DNA of 64,000 nt from Lingula anatina (lineage: Eukaryota; Animalia; Brachiopoda): assembly GCA_051362555.1 (NCBI GenBank), contig CM120648.1:12334587-12398586 (forward strand). Reading direction: 5' to 3'. Shown one piece after another: positions 10,980-23,585 of the stretch. A program made the translations under genes and the position numbers. The first letter of the stretch is position 1. Each line of letters begins with the position of its first letter. The notes under the pieces are model-generated. The model had not been told where the DNA came from. It searched no databases and was given only the letters and a program-made list of their open reading frames with translations.

Positions 10980-13900
10980 AGTAAACCAAAGTGTCTTTAT
11001 TTTTTATAAAACCGTCAAATAATTTTTCATCAGTTGCTTCCATCCAGTTGTACTTGAAAATCTTACAAGATTGAAAGAACAAGGCAGCAAAGCTGTCAAA
11101 TGTACAGACAAAAAACAGGAAATAACTATGCACAAAATAGGCTACTGTCAATTCTGATGCAAAAGTACATTATGTTAAACTGCAAATTCAACATCAAATT
11201 TTAATTATGCTTAACAGGTAATACCAATGTAAGTAAAATGTGTAACAAGCATAAGGCTTCAGGCCCATGGGAGTTCAAGTTCACACTTTGAAAATGTATA
11301 ACTTCCAGAAAAAGAAGCCAATTAGACTGCTTTTCCAACTCTGGCTGCATTTTAGTCCTGTATTTTTTTTTTTTTTTTTTTTTTGAAAGTTTGGCAATCA
11401 TAAGTAACATGATATTCCCATAATGGTCATCATGGCTGCAGCACCCAAAATTGTTTTCTTCTATTCTGATGCAATATTACATAATGGTTAGCAGCATAAT
11501 GACCGTAAATTTTTAATAATAAAATATATGTATCATGGATTTTCAGAAAATGTGACTAGCATGGGTCTTCAAGCCCATGGAACTTCAAAGTCATACCTTG
11601 AAAATGCCAATATGTGAAAAATTAAATTTTCACAAAAAACTGTTTAACTGGCAGTAAGAATTACCAAACAGACTGCATTGCCTACTGAAGCTGTATTTTA
11701 GTCCTATGTTTCTTTCCTGTAAGTTTGAGAACAGTGAGTGACATGGTTTTTCTTAAATGGTCATCATGGGAGCAGTGCCCAAAATAGGTTTTTTTCAAAT
11801 TTTGATGCAATATTACATAATGTTTAACAGCATAATGACCATCAATTTTTAATAATAAAATATAAGTATTATGGATATTCAGAAAATGTGACTATCAAAG
11901 GTCTTCAGGCCCATGGAACTTCAAAGTCACAACTTGAAAATGCCAAAATGTAAACAAGACAGCACTGTTCTGAAATGTTTTTTTTTTTCTCCATTTTTAA
12001 CAATTTTTAACATTAAACAAAATTAACAGTTTGCTGCCATTTTTATATGATCAACTAAGAAAAATGATGAGATGGGAAAAATATCAATAAAGCAGTGTTA
12101 AATGTCCAATTTCTTCCTTTCTGAGATTCTGAACATAGTGAATGATTAAAATCTGACAAACTGCAATGATATGAGTTTATTTCCATTTTTGAAACTTAAT
12201 TACACAATACACGACAGCAAGTTTACCATCATTTTTACAAAATCAACTAACAATGTTGTAAAGATGCAGGAAATGTCAAACAAACACTTTTACATTTCTT
12301 ATTAATTAAATAATGAAATTGTTAACATGCCTAAGAATTGAATCTGAAGAAATGTGAAAAAACAGCATAACTTCTAAAATAATGGCCCGATCATGCTGAT
12401 TTTTTAACTCAACCTGCGTTTTAGCAGGATTGACCACTCCTGTGAGTTTAATGACAATAAGGTCGCGCGACAAGGTTATTTTCAGTTGCACCCTGGATTA
12501 CGCACGCTTGCTCCGCAAGGTGTCGCCTGCGGTGGGGGGGCAACACAGCCCATATGGTTACTGTGGCGAAGGTGACAGGTACTTCCAAACATTTTTCATA
12601 ACTGTCATTTTTCCTCATTCTATTCACGAATTTGATATTTACGGCAATGGAAAATGTGGCACTGGCAAAAGTGAATCTACAATGTAGGTGTGTTGACAGG
12701 CCACACAGGTGTCCCCATTTAACCGCCGCCAGAGAAGAGACCCCAAGCATTAAACAACACAACCTGTAGGTATTGGAAATTTGGCGAAAGTTAAGCAACT
12801 GAGGCTTTATTAGATTTGGACAGAAATCGAGGGGAATGTCCAGTGACATGCCAAACCCCTAAGTTCAAGTCTTGGCCCTTGACACCAGTAACGCACCCCT
12901 TACTCAAGAATCTGAACAAATCAATGTTGGGCAGGTATGCTCTATTTTCTACAGGCGTTTGGTGATTTTATCAACTTGATTGTCAAGTGCCAGACCTTTT
13001 GTTCCCAGGTACCAGTAGCAAACTTTATCAGATAACAATCTGACACTAACCATCCTGCACTAACAGCGCTGTAAACCCAGTTATCAATGGTGTCATCTTT
13101 ACCTGTATCTTTACCGGTATTATGCCAGTGGTACGTTTGATACATTTGAGTAAGGAAATATGCTTAATGCTTATATTCATTTATAATACATGTACGTTAG
13201 CATCAACCTGTTAATAAAAACTTGGAAACTTTCAATGTTATTACACAATAACAGTATAATGATGGGAAATGTTATGATTAAATGCTTAGAAGAATAATAA
13301 AAACAGATTATGTGAAATACAAAATGAATTGATTTTATTTGGGTTATTTATTTCAAACCAATTAATTATCAAACATGAAGCTTATAAAAACACTCGCAGA
13401 TATATGAAATATAACCCTGCTGGTACACAGTTCTACAGTTCTAAAATGCAAATACCAAGTACATGTTCCTTTCACACACCACTGATGAGATGTGAATAAT
13501 CATATGTATAAAGCAGTAATATATCACAAGAAATGTGTAAGCAAGATATTTCTACAAGTAACCTCATTAATCAGTCAGGCAACCTCATAATGCACCCAAT
13601 AAATGTAGAAATTTGAGCTAGAGAAATTCTACATACAGGCATGACAGATTTACCATATATTGCCACCAACCCTTAACTGAATGGGCATAGAAAGAACAAA
13701 GTGAGTCTCCCTCCCATTAAAAATAAAAATAAATAAATAAAAAACAGATACTGTCATTCTTAATACTGAAAAACAATGGCACCTTGCAGCCTTCACTGCC
13801 TCACTTTTTGCAGACAATGTTCTAGTCACTGTAACTGTGTACTTTTGATGAGGCATAGATGCAAGAATAACTCCTTTGAAGTATATTGTGAAGGTCTCTT

Positions 13901-15673
13901 TTGTCATAAATCTGCCACGTATAACCTGAATGTACATATTGCGATTCACACCGCAGCAGCTTGTCTTAGTAAGGACTCAACCAGTTGAAAACCTGAGGCA
14001 CAGCTTCAGGGACAAGATCACACAATCTATCCTTGCTGTGATGATGGATCTACTAGTACATTATCTACAGTATGTCTTGTCCTTCTGATTTCTCTAATAC
14101 CATTTCCCCTGATCTATGCTCACATCAATCTCTACAGCTTTACCAACTGCTACACAGTTTTTACATCTGAAAGTATAAAGCAAAAATTGTAATAAAGCAC
14201 AATCAATTTACTTGTTAGATATTGATTTGAGGGCAAGAGAAAAAGGCAGAAACCTCATATCATAATCAAGATAATTGAAAATCAAATAATGCATAATCCA
14301 ATAGCTTTAGTTGTATACACTACTGATGATTTAATCTTTAAAACTTCAGCATATATTTCTCTTGTTAAAGCATAGCCACTTTATCAAAATGTGCTTGAAC
14401 AAATAATAATAATAATGATAATAATAATAAACAACCTGCACACAAGATGGAACATGGAGGTCAACTGCCATAAAATAAGTTGATTTGTACTTGGTAGCCT
14501 GAGAAATAGTATCAGGTATTAATTTGAACAGTAAATTGAGTAATAATACCACAATGACACACGCATACGGTGTTATGTAACAAAATTCATGCATTACTTG
14601 CTGTGGCAGTGTCCTCCTCAACCTATCGTGCACCGCAGGTTTTGATTTTCAATGTCATCAAAAAATTTTATTGTTGTTAGTTTGATCTATGTATCTGCTA
14701 TTCAAATAATATCGTTTGGAAAATAACTAACTGATTTAATTTTGCTTTTGCAACATGAAATTATCATTAACTTTGCCGGTTCACGTGTATACAGTACCTT
14801 GCTATCAGTGCTGCTCTTTTCTCCCCAACTCGCCACTGACAGGCTAACCACATCGTTTCAAAACAACGTTGGTATTTTCCTTTACTTTTGGTGTTGGCAG
14901 TTTCGTCCCTGGGACATCGTTTCGGTTAAAAACAACGTATCGTTTTCACCCATCTATGCATTGCTCCTGTACAAAATGGCCGCTTGTTGCCCCCCAAGGG
15001 AAAAATCGTAGCACGTGGGTAGTTACGCAAGACCTGTGACGTATAACGCGCGCATCGTTATTGGCCTTTCTGTTTTTCTTATATTGTGTTTACAGTGTTG
15101 CATATATGCTGAAAAGTGAAAAAAATGTGAAAAAACAGCATAACTTATAAAATAATGGTCCGATTATGCTGATTTTCGAACTTGACCTGCATTTTAGTAA
15201 GATTGATTACTCCTGTGAGTTTCATGACGACAGACCTATGGGTTTTCCTTGAAATGTGTTAACAGTGTTGCATATATGCTGAAAAGGGAAAAAACACCAT
15301 AACTACTAAAATAGTTGTCCGATCATGCCGATTTTCGAACTTGATCTGCGTTTTAGTAAGATTGATTACTCCTGTGAGTTTCATGACAACAGGTCCATCA
15401 GTTTTCCTTGAAATGTGTTAACAGTGTTGCATATATGCTGAAAAGTGAAAAAACAGCATAAATTCTACAATAATTACCCGATCATGCTGATTTTCGAACT
15501 TGACCTGCGTTTTATGAATATTCATCAGCTCTGTAAATATAAAGCCAAAAAGTAAAACTGTCTTCCACTTATGGTGTTAACGCTGAAAGTGCACGGCGAC
15601 ATGATCGGCGACGGCGACGGCGACGACAGACGCAGGTGATGGCAATGTGTGACATCTGTGTCTGTACATAAAA
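10980..15673 (-). mobile_element. Second copy of the HINE-like family, split by a 2.6-kb insertion (12460-15058)
   Basis: 15673-15061 and 12457-10980 are collinear in reverse complement with the 51169-56670 copy; the junction GGCCAA/TTGTCATT is contiguous in that copy. Confidence 0.7.
14094..14853 (-). other. Possible two-exon small ORF or lncRNA (42 aa MWLACQWRVGEKRAALIARCKNCVAVGKAVEIDVSIDQGKWY)
   Basis: Donor AAG|GTACT at 14797, acceptor CTTTATACTTTCAG|14166, YY1-like GCGGCCATTTT near 14973-14983, AATAAA near 13335. No recognisable homology. Confidence 0.3.
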
Positions 15674-16200
15674 ATGCAAATAATGCACATACAAGTCGTC
15701 AGGTCATTTGTGAAGTGAAAATGAAATATAATTTACACATTGATGCCCATCATAGTATTTACTGCTTTTAAAAGTTGTATATATGCTACAGTAATGTTGA
15801 CAAATTATCAACATATGACAAATAATCAACAGAGTTATAGTCTAATCTGGCTGAAATGTCTTGATGTAGCACTATTAATTTAAAGAAATTGTGGTGTTAA
15901 ACTGCAAACATGTTACACATGCTACAATTCACTTCTGTTTAAAGTTTAAAAGCTGTTAGTGTTTTATCCTAATTTTGTGATTAAGTTGTCTTCCATTGAA
16001 CTCAAATAACATAAACATACGCCAATGAATGCTTTTACAAATGCTTTGTTGAATGTATAAGTATATATAATATATCACAGTAAGTTTATTCATGTCACAT
16101 CGCCTATAGGTCTTGAAGGAGTAAATAAGTTATAATACTGATGCGTCTATGAAGATCTATGAAGTCATTTTTTTTTCAAATATCTATTTTTTTTTTTCAA

Positions 16201-16238
16201 AATCCCTGAAGAAGGCCTAGGGGCCGAAAGCTTGGATT
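16201..16238 (+). ncRNA. Minimal hammerhead ribozyme motif of the Penelope-like element type
   Basis: AATCC-CTGAAGA-A-GGCC-TAGG-GGCC-GAAA-GC-TT-GGATT: stem I AATCC/GGATT, core CUGANGA, stem II GGCC/GGCC, GAAA, palindromic AAGCTT in place of stem III. Confidence 0.6.
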
Positions 16239-16283
16239 ACATATCACATCTTTATAGTAGATCTTCATAGATGCATCAGTCTA

Positions 16284-16482
16284 AGGCTGTATTCCCAGAG
16301 CTTTTAGATCAATCTATCCCCGCGGGGAGTCTCACTAGATTACTGTCAGATAATCCAGCTTAAATGTCCGTCCCGCCTACTACAAACTGTAAGGGGTAAT
16401 TAACTTTCATGTCCGCTCGGCTGAACCCCCAGGGAGTTAGGTCAATCTAAAGTAGATCGATCTAATCTCTGGAAATGGGGTC
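16284..16482. mobile_element. MITE family copy (second copy ~31463-31680, decayed copy ~38735-38982)
   Basis: Shared TTTTAGATC.ATCTATC.CCGCGGGGAGTCTCACTAGATTACTGTCAGATAATCC and imperfect inverted ends. Confidence 0.65.
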
Positions 16483-16789
16483 TTATACCCTATTTACAGT
16501 AAGTTTCTAACTTGCTTGCTTCATACATGTAGTAGCAGATACGTATACATACATCTGAGGCTATAGTTTTGATTTATGGTGTAATTATTGCACTTGACCA
16601 ATTTTGACATCATCAGCATTAAATGTATGTCACTAAAACATGTCAGCCATTCTTCATTTGTCCTATAAAAATGAATACAAAACAATGATAAGGTGAAATG
16701 ACACAGTCGTGGAACTGTGCTTTGGTCTCTCTGGGATGTTCCCCATTTCCGCTCCAAGTAATAAGGCAAGGCGATGTTATTGTTTTTGG

Positions 16790-17029
16790 TTTTCCAGTAC
16801 ATATAGATCTATAGCACTAAACCAGCATTTAAATTATTAGTTTATTTTATATCACTAATGCAGTGATGGTTTCCAGTACATATAGATCTATAGCACTAAA
16901 CCAGCATTTAAATTATTAGGTTATTTTATATCACTAATGCAGTGATGGTTTCCAGTACATATAGATCTATAGCACTAAACCAGCATTTAAATTATTAGGT
17001 TATTTTATATCACTAATGCAGTGATGGTC
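16790..17029. repeat. 79-bp x3 near-perfect tandem repeat
   Basis: CCAGTACATATAGATC at 16794, 16873 and 16952. Confidence 0.95.
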
Positions 17030-18059
17030 ACAACCCTTGTTATCCTTCACACATTAGTTTAAAAACATTTAAATGCCAAACTGATTAATATGCAGGGTTT
17101 TCATAAATGCACAGTATTTGTCAGTATAGTGATGCTGTTGTTATTATTAATTAGTTTCTACAGTACTTATTTTATTATTGCTATCATCTGTTATTTCTTA
17201 CGAAATTTGCTGCTGAAATTTTAGCACTCTTTATGAGCATGAAGTGACATGCTATTGTTAATATTATTATTTTGATTTTTAATTGTTATTGTATTATGGG
17301 TGCAGTTACATGTTATTATTATTATTAACAATACCATACAAGTGAGTTGTCCTTAAATGGAGGTTTTCAAATTAACTGGGGGTTAAGTTGTTCAAGAAGC
17401 CAAGTCCAATCATGTTTTGAAAATAAGTTTATTAGGAGACTATGTGAAGTGAATAAATATATTTTGCTGGAAAGTTATGACTTTTAAAGATGTATTTTTG
17501 TCTAAGAAGAAAGTAATTTGTCTACAGTCAGGAGCTAATATTGAAATTTTTATCTCCAATATTTCAATGTCTGTCTAGAGCATCTTCATGAGGGAACGAG
17601 GCCACTCATATACAACTTTTATTCTACATTTTACCTTGTGACTTCTTATCATGCAATACTAACTAGTATGTGATTTCAATATAATCTTTAATTCTCAGAA
17701 CTAACCATTCTCTCTCTCACTCTGAGTTTTATTTGAAGCACAGATAAGAAAAAACTCTTACCAAGTGAAAGCTTTACAAAAAAAGTCACAGAAGTGATGC
17801 TTGGTCTATACCAGTACATAAACGGAAAACGTTTTTAAAAAATTGCTCAAGATAGACGCGGAGAGAAAAATGTGGTCACAAAACTAGCTAAACAAATGAA
17901 TATGTCTATCACTGCCATTTTCGTTTGCAGCCATTTTGAACTCCAATATGACTAAAAAAAAAGTGCAAAGAATTCTTCCCATACCACCCTATCATTGGTG
18001 AAATGATTATTATGAGGAAAAAGATTTCAAGTAATATGCAGAAGGCAAAAGTTGTGAGC

Positions 18060-19365
18060 AACGGAGGGTGTGGGGCAACCAGTGGGGAGTTAATCTATCA
18101 AGGTACACCGATTTGGATGTCCCTTCTCTGAGGGTAGAGGTTCTCCTGCCCAAGGTTTCCACCATAGAGTGGGAATTTATCAAGCCAGAACATGGAAGTG
18201 TCTGTAGGTTGTGCTGTATTTTCTACTAAAATAACAACAAGATCGTCCATGATGATGTTTTCTTGTAAATTAAAAAATGATAATCATAATAATAATAATG
18301 AATGAATAATAAAAGATAACAGCCATGGTCACTAAGGGAGTAATTCTAAAAAAAAAAAAAATCTCGTAAAAGGCAAGGTGGTGGACAAGGGAACTGCCCT
18401 GGGATGCTGGGGCACACAATGTAGAGTTAAACTATCAAGGTACACTGATATGTGCCAGTCTTATTGACTAAATTAACTCAATAATGATCCCAGGTGAAAA
18501 AGCTTTCTTGTAAATTGCAAAGCAATATGATAATGAAAAAATAATAAAAGATAACAGCCATGGCCACAGAAAATGGTTTTAAAAAATAGCCTAGTAAAAT
18601 ACAGTGGTGGACCATGGAACTGCCCAGGGATGCTGAGAAACACAGCCATGGTACACTGATATGGACATCCCTTATCTAAGGGTAGAGATTCTTCTGCCCA
18701 AGGGCTCCAACATAGAGTGGAAATTAATCAGTGCAAAAAATGGATGTGCCAGTCTTATTGACTAAATTAACTCAATAATGATCCCAGATGAAAAGGCTTT
18801 CTTGTAAATTGCAAAGCAATATGATAATGAAAAAATAATAAAAGATAACAGCCATGGCCACAGAAAATGGTTTTAAAAAATAGCCTAGTAAAATACAGTG
18901 GTGGACCATGGAACTGCCCAGGGATGCTGAGAAACACAGCCATGGTACACTGATATGGACATCCCTTATCTAAGGGTAGAGATTCTTCTGCCCAAGGGCT
19001 CCACCATAGAGTGGAAATTATTATCAATGCAGAAAATGGATTAGCCAGTCTTATTCACTAAAATAACTCAATAATGATCCTAGATGAAAAAGACTTTCTT
19101 ATAATTTGCAAAGCAATATGAAAATGAAAAATTAATAAAAGATAACAGCTATGGCTACAGAAAATGGTTTTAAAAAAAACTAGCCCAGTAAAATGCAATG
19201 TGGTGGACCATGGAACTGCCAAGGGGTTCTGAGGAACACAGCGTAGAGTTAACTTCTCAAGGTACACTGATATGGACATCCCTTATCTAAGGGTAGAGTT
19301 TCTCCTGCCCAAGGGCTCTACCATAGAGTGGAAATTAATCAATGCAGAAAATAGAAGTGTCAGTT
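18060..19365. repeat. ~295-bp tandem repeat, about 4 copies
   Basis: GCCAGTCTTATT.ACTAAA at ~18454, 18748 and 19044; AAAAGATAACAGC.ATGG recurs. Confidence 0.9.
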
Positions 19366-19671
19366 TAAAAAACCATAAAATGTGAAAGTCTATACTTAAC
19401 CCCAAAAATTTGGTATTGGTAAAGATTACTTTGCATTTCATGCTTTATTTGGAATGCATGTGCAATTAAGTTTTAATTTGATGTATACCAGCATGGCAGG
19501 TTGCATATCAGTTATGTAAATTAAGATCAAGCATAAAAGATGTGACAGAGTCTCACAGGATAGACATAGCTAGAGGGACAGATACACTGATACTTGTAGA
19601 GACTGGAGTCTTGTGCTTAAATAAACTATGTACTATTGTAGCAAACCATCACCTGAATAATCGGTTCACTT

Positions 19672-20481
19672 TGGGCAGGGGAACTGTCCTTGGAAGCTGG
19701 GACACACAGTGGGACAACCACCTCCTCAATGCAGACCTTACCCAAGGGATCCACATTTGAGTGGATGTACAATGGCTGTGGGCAGGGGAACTGTCCTTGG
19801 AGGCTGGGACACACAGTGGGGCAACCACTTCCCCAATGCAGACCTACTCTTACCCTAGGAATCAACATTTGAGTGGAGGTATAATGGCTGTGGGCAGGGG
19901 AACTGTCCTTGGAAGCTGGGACACACAGTGGGACAACCACTTCCCTAATGCAGACCTACTCTTACCCAAGGGATCCACATTTGAGTGGAGGTACAATGGC
20001 TATGGGCAGGAGAACTGTCCTTGGAATCTGGGACACACAGTGGGACAACCACCTCCTCAATGCAGACCTTACCCAAGGGATCCACATTTGAGTGGATGTA
20101 CAATGGTTGTGGGCAGGGGAACTGTCCTTGGAGGCTGGGACACACAGTGGGACAACCACCTCCTCAATGCAGACCTTACCCAAGGGATCCACATTTGAGT
20201 GGATGTACAATGGTTGTGGGCAGGGGAACTGTCCTTGGAGGCTGGGACACACAGTGGGACAACCACCTCCTCAATGCAGACCTTACCCAAGGGATCCACA
20301 TTTGAGTGGAGGTACAATGGCTGTGAGCAAGAGAACTGTCCTTGGAAGCTGGGACACACAGTGGGACAACCACCTCCTCAATGCAGACCTTACCCAAGGG
20401 ATCCACATTTGAGTGGAAGTACAATGGCTGTGGGCAGGGGAACTGTCCTTGGAGGCTGGGACACAGTGGAACAACCACCTC
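19672..20481. repeat. 107-bp minisatellite, about 7.5 copies
   Basis: GGGCAGGGGAACTGTCCTTGGA.GCTGGGACACACAGTGGG with period 107 (113 in two units); source of the repetitive ORFs in the track. Confidence 0.95.
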
Positions 20482-21249
20482 CTATCCTCCTTCTCCACAC
20501 TTGAGAGGAAGTACTAAGGGGCATTGATCTGGGAGACTTGGACACACAAAAGGGAAAAGGGAGAGAGGAGTTCAACTTTAAATTCTATCATATGCAACCT
20601 CAAGTATCCTCATTTTCTATTTAACACTTCAATTTGGAAGCGAGTAAATTAATTATTGCTTTTGTTGCCCCTTGATTGAAAGCAACTTTTACTTTGTTGA
20701 ACTTGAAATTATCTCTCTCAAAAGTAGTTGGTAGGCTGATGAATAAAAAAGGCAATACAAAATTCCTTTCAGGCTGTCAATTAACTTTGCTTTAAGTGCA
20801 TAACTGATAAGATAATAACTAGTTAATAATTATCCAACTATAAGATTGGGTCAGAAAGGGATAAAGACAGTGATTAGGCTGTTGGGGAGGGGGGGGGGGG
20901 GGGTACACAGGTAGAAACATTCCCGACCCCTTGATATTGCTAAGGTACAGAAAAATAAAGTAACTTTTTAAGTTTTACACTATACACCTAAGCAAAGGGC
21001 GAACCATATTGACATTCCTCTTCAGTTCTGTACATTTCATGCAAAGAAAATGGCCATACTTTGACAAACACCTGTTGGTAAGGAACATAACAAATAGATT
21101 CACGCTCTATGCACCATTTCTGAACCAAACATTAGATATCTAAGTTATTTAAGTTGATTACAATTTAGCAAGAATCCCCTCCGAGAAACAAAAGATTGAT
21201 TCGTATAGTTAGTAGGGTCTGGGAATGGTCCCTTCATTATTTTCCTGGG

Positions 21250-21291
<42 letters not shown>

Positions 21292-21762
21292 CTGTGTGTG
21301 TCCATCTTGGAGGTTACTCAACCTTTCTTCTTGTTCATGTCTTCCATGTAAAAGTTCAGAATGGCGGCAGGCCTTCCAGTTGGTCTGTTAACTTTAGATG
21401 CTTTGATTGTCACTTGTACATCCAAGGCGAAAATCAATAATTCGCTTTTCGATAAGTGTCTATAAAAGAGCTCTTATTAAGTTCTATACTATAGTGGCTA
21501 GTTCCATTGTGGTAGCAATCCTGGCCCCAGTTTCATCAACACTAGATAGCACTATCCTCTGTGTCACTAAGCGTGACGTGACCAAAAATTTGGTAAGAAG
21601 GTCCAGAGTCAGAGATCTATGTAATAAGTTTATAATATCATCAATTCTATTTTAAAAATATATGTGGTCATTCCACGAGAGGTTTCTGTTGCCAGAAGAA
21701 ATCTGAAAGAAAAATAGTATTAGTTCATGCATTAAAATTACAGCAGATGTCATCGTGAATTG

Positions 21763-21796
<34 letters not shown>

Positions 21797-21980
21797 GAAG
21801 TCAAATTAACAGTAGCATCACTGAGAGCATCCGAGTCCAATTCCACTGCTGACATTAGTACTGACACAACCAGATTTATCAGTTCAGCCTCAGAATCCAG
21901 ATTTCGCATAGAGACAGATGAAAACAAAACGGCAAACAACTTTTACAATTTAGTGTTTTTTTTTTTTTAATCAATGTTCT

Positions 21981-22153
21981 TGTAGTGGCACTGATCCCGG
22001 AACTGATAGTAGAGTCGGCCCATGCGCAGCTGGCGTGCTCTCTCGATGTTAGCGTCATACCAAGTGACTCAACCTAATTTCAGGTAGGCATATCTCCCCC
22101 GATCGTGAGTTAAAGTTTCACATCGGCACATTATTGGTGGCAGCAGTGGGATT
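21981..22153 (+). mobile_element. Short LTR-like segment followed by a tRNA-Leu primer-binding site
   Basis: TGT...ACA (21981-22130), then TGGTGGCAGCAGTGGGATT (22135-22153), complementary to a tRNA-Leu 3' end. No gag/pol or second LTR seen. Confidence 0.5.
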
Positions 22154-23585
22154 AACAACCTAAGGCAACTTTTTGTGTAATTTTTTGAGCTCGCACGCAG
22201 TTATTGCCATAATAATAGCGTTTTTAGCGGAGCTCGAAATTCGTCTGCTATAGTACACACTAACGCACGTATCGATCCCAACGTCGTTCTACTGTACGTA
22301 CTGAGGCATATTGTAAAATAAATAGTCACAAGCACATTGCATCGTGATGAGAACGTCTAGAGCGCAACTGAAACAATCTTCATAATGCGTGTCACTTTTG
22401 GGTCCAGATGTACTCCCATCTCGTCGAAATTAAGTTTGAATGACGTTTTACAAAGTCTCAAATTGCTCCCATGTAAGGTTTTTCAGCCTCATCATCTCTT
22501 TATTAGTGTAGCATTTCCGACTTTTTACAGTTATCACACAGCAGAAAGAATTCAATGGCATTTTAAGGGGAATCAATCAAAGTACAACCATCTTCGTTTT
22601 TACTCCTAATGAAGAACCTAGACTCACTGCAGAGAAAGTTTGATATTAATTCCGGCGTCTTCAACGTCATGACGTATTTCACGCTCAGCGCGCGCTGTGT
22701 TGGCTTTTCCTGGAAAATTGAGTACAGCACTCGATAGAGGGCAGTATTCATTGCCATCAAGATTTGTCAAATATTGAAATAGTGGGCAAAGGGGTGTGGG
22801 AACTGTCCAGTTATTTGTCTCAAATTCAACAGACGACCTAATAAGTCAGCAGATACAAATGTTGGAAAATGTCGGACACAAATGTTGAAAAAAAAAAAAA
22901 ATGTTGGAAGTACGAAAATGATTGAAAAATACTGGTAGACGCACTCTCCGAGTACCTGCCGCTGCTACGGGCCCTAGCTAACCTTGCTGGAAATGCTAGA
23001 ATGCAATTCCAGTTGTAACTCGTAAGTTTGTCAAAATGCATCGGGAGGTGTTTTTTTTTCTTTTGATTACAATAACAATTGTTATGGTTCAGCAATTTTC
23101 TTACTTTTGAGAAATTAACCTGAACTTTACCTTGGAATTTTATTTAAAACGATATTTCATACTGCCACCTATCGTCAATATAAGCACAACACCGCGGCGC
23201 AGACGATGGAAAAAGCTTTTACCAAAGTTTTAGTTGCCAAAAGTATAATGTTAGCAACAAGGTAGTAAACCTAAAAGAATTTTTAACGCTGTTGATATTT
23301 TTTCTCAATTTTAGTACGTTTTGGGGGATAAGTCAACCTGAAACATCTTTTTCTCGCCTGTTTCGTAAAAAAAATTAAGAGTGAAGCATCATCAGCGATA
23401 GCACGAAAATTCATGCGTTAGCACTCCTATTGACAGTTCTGAAATATTACTGGCTGTGCACATTACGGTTTGCAGATTAAGGCTTTGACTGTACACAGCA
23501 CTTATTATTGAATGTTATGGGTATACACTAGGCAAAAGAGGTGTCTTTTTCACTTTCAGTTCCAAGATGATGCAGTGAAGCCAGC

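Noticed and set aside
14170-14797. Intronic C/D snoRNA in the candidate minus-strand transcript
   Set aside because: A TGATGA exists but no suitably spaced CTGA with a terminal stem was found.
19542-20575. Cluster of overlapping 60-145 aa ORFs
   Set aside because: Products of the 107-bp minisatellite on both strands; no domain and no splice context.
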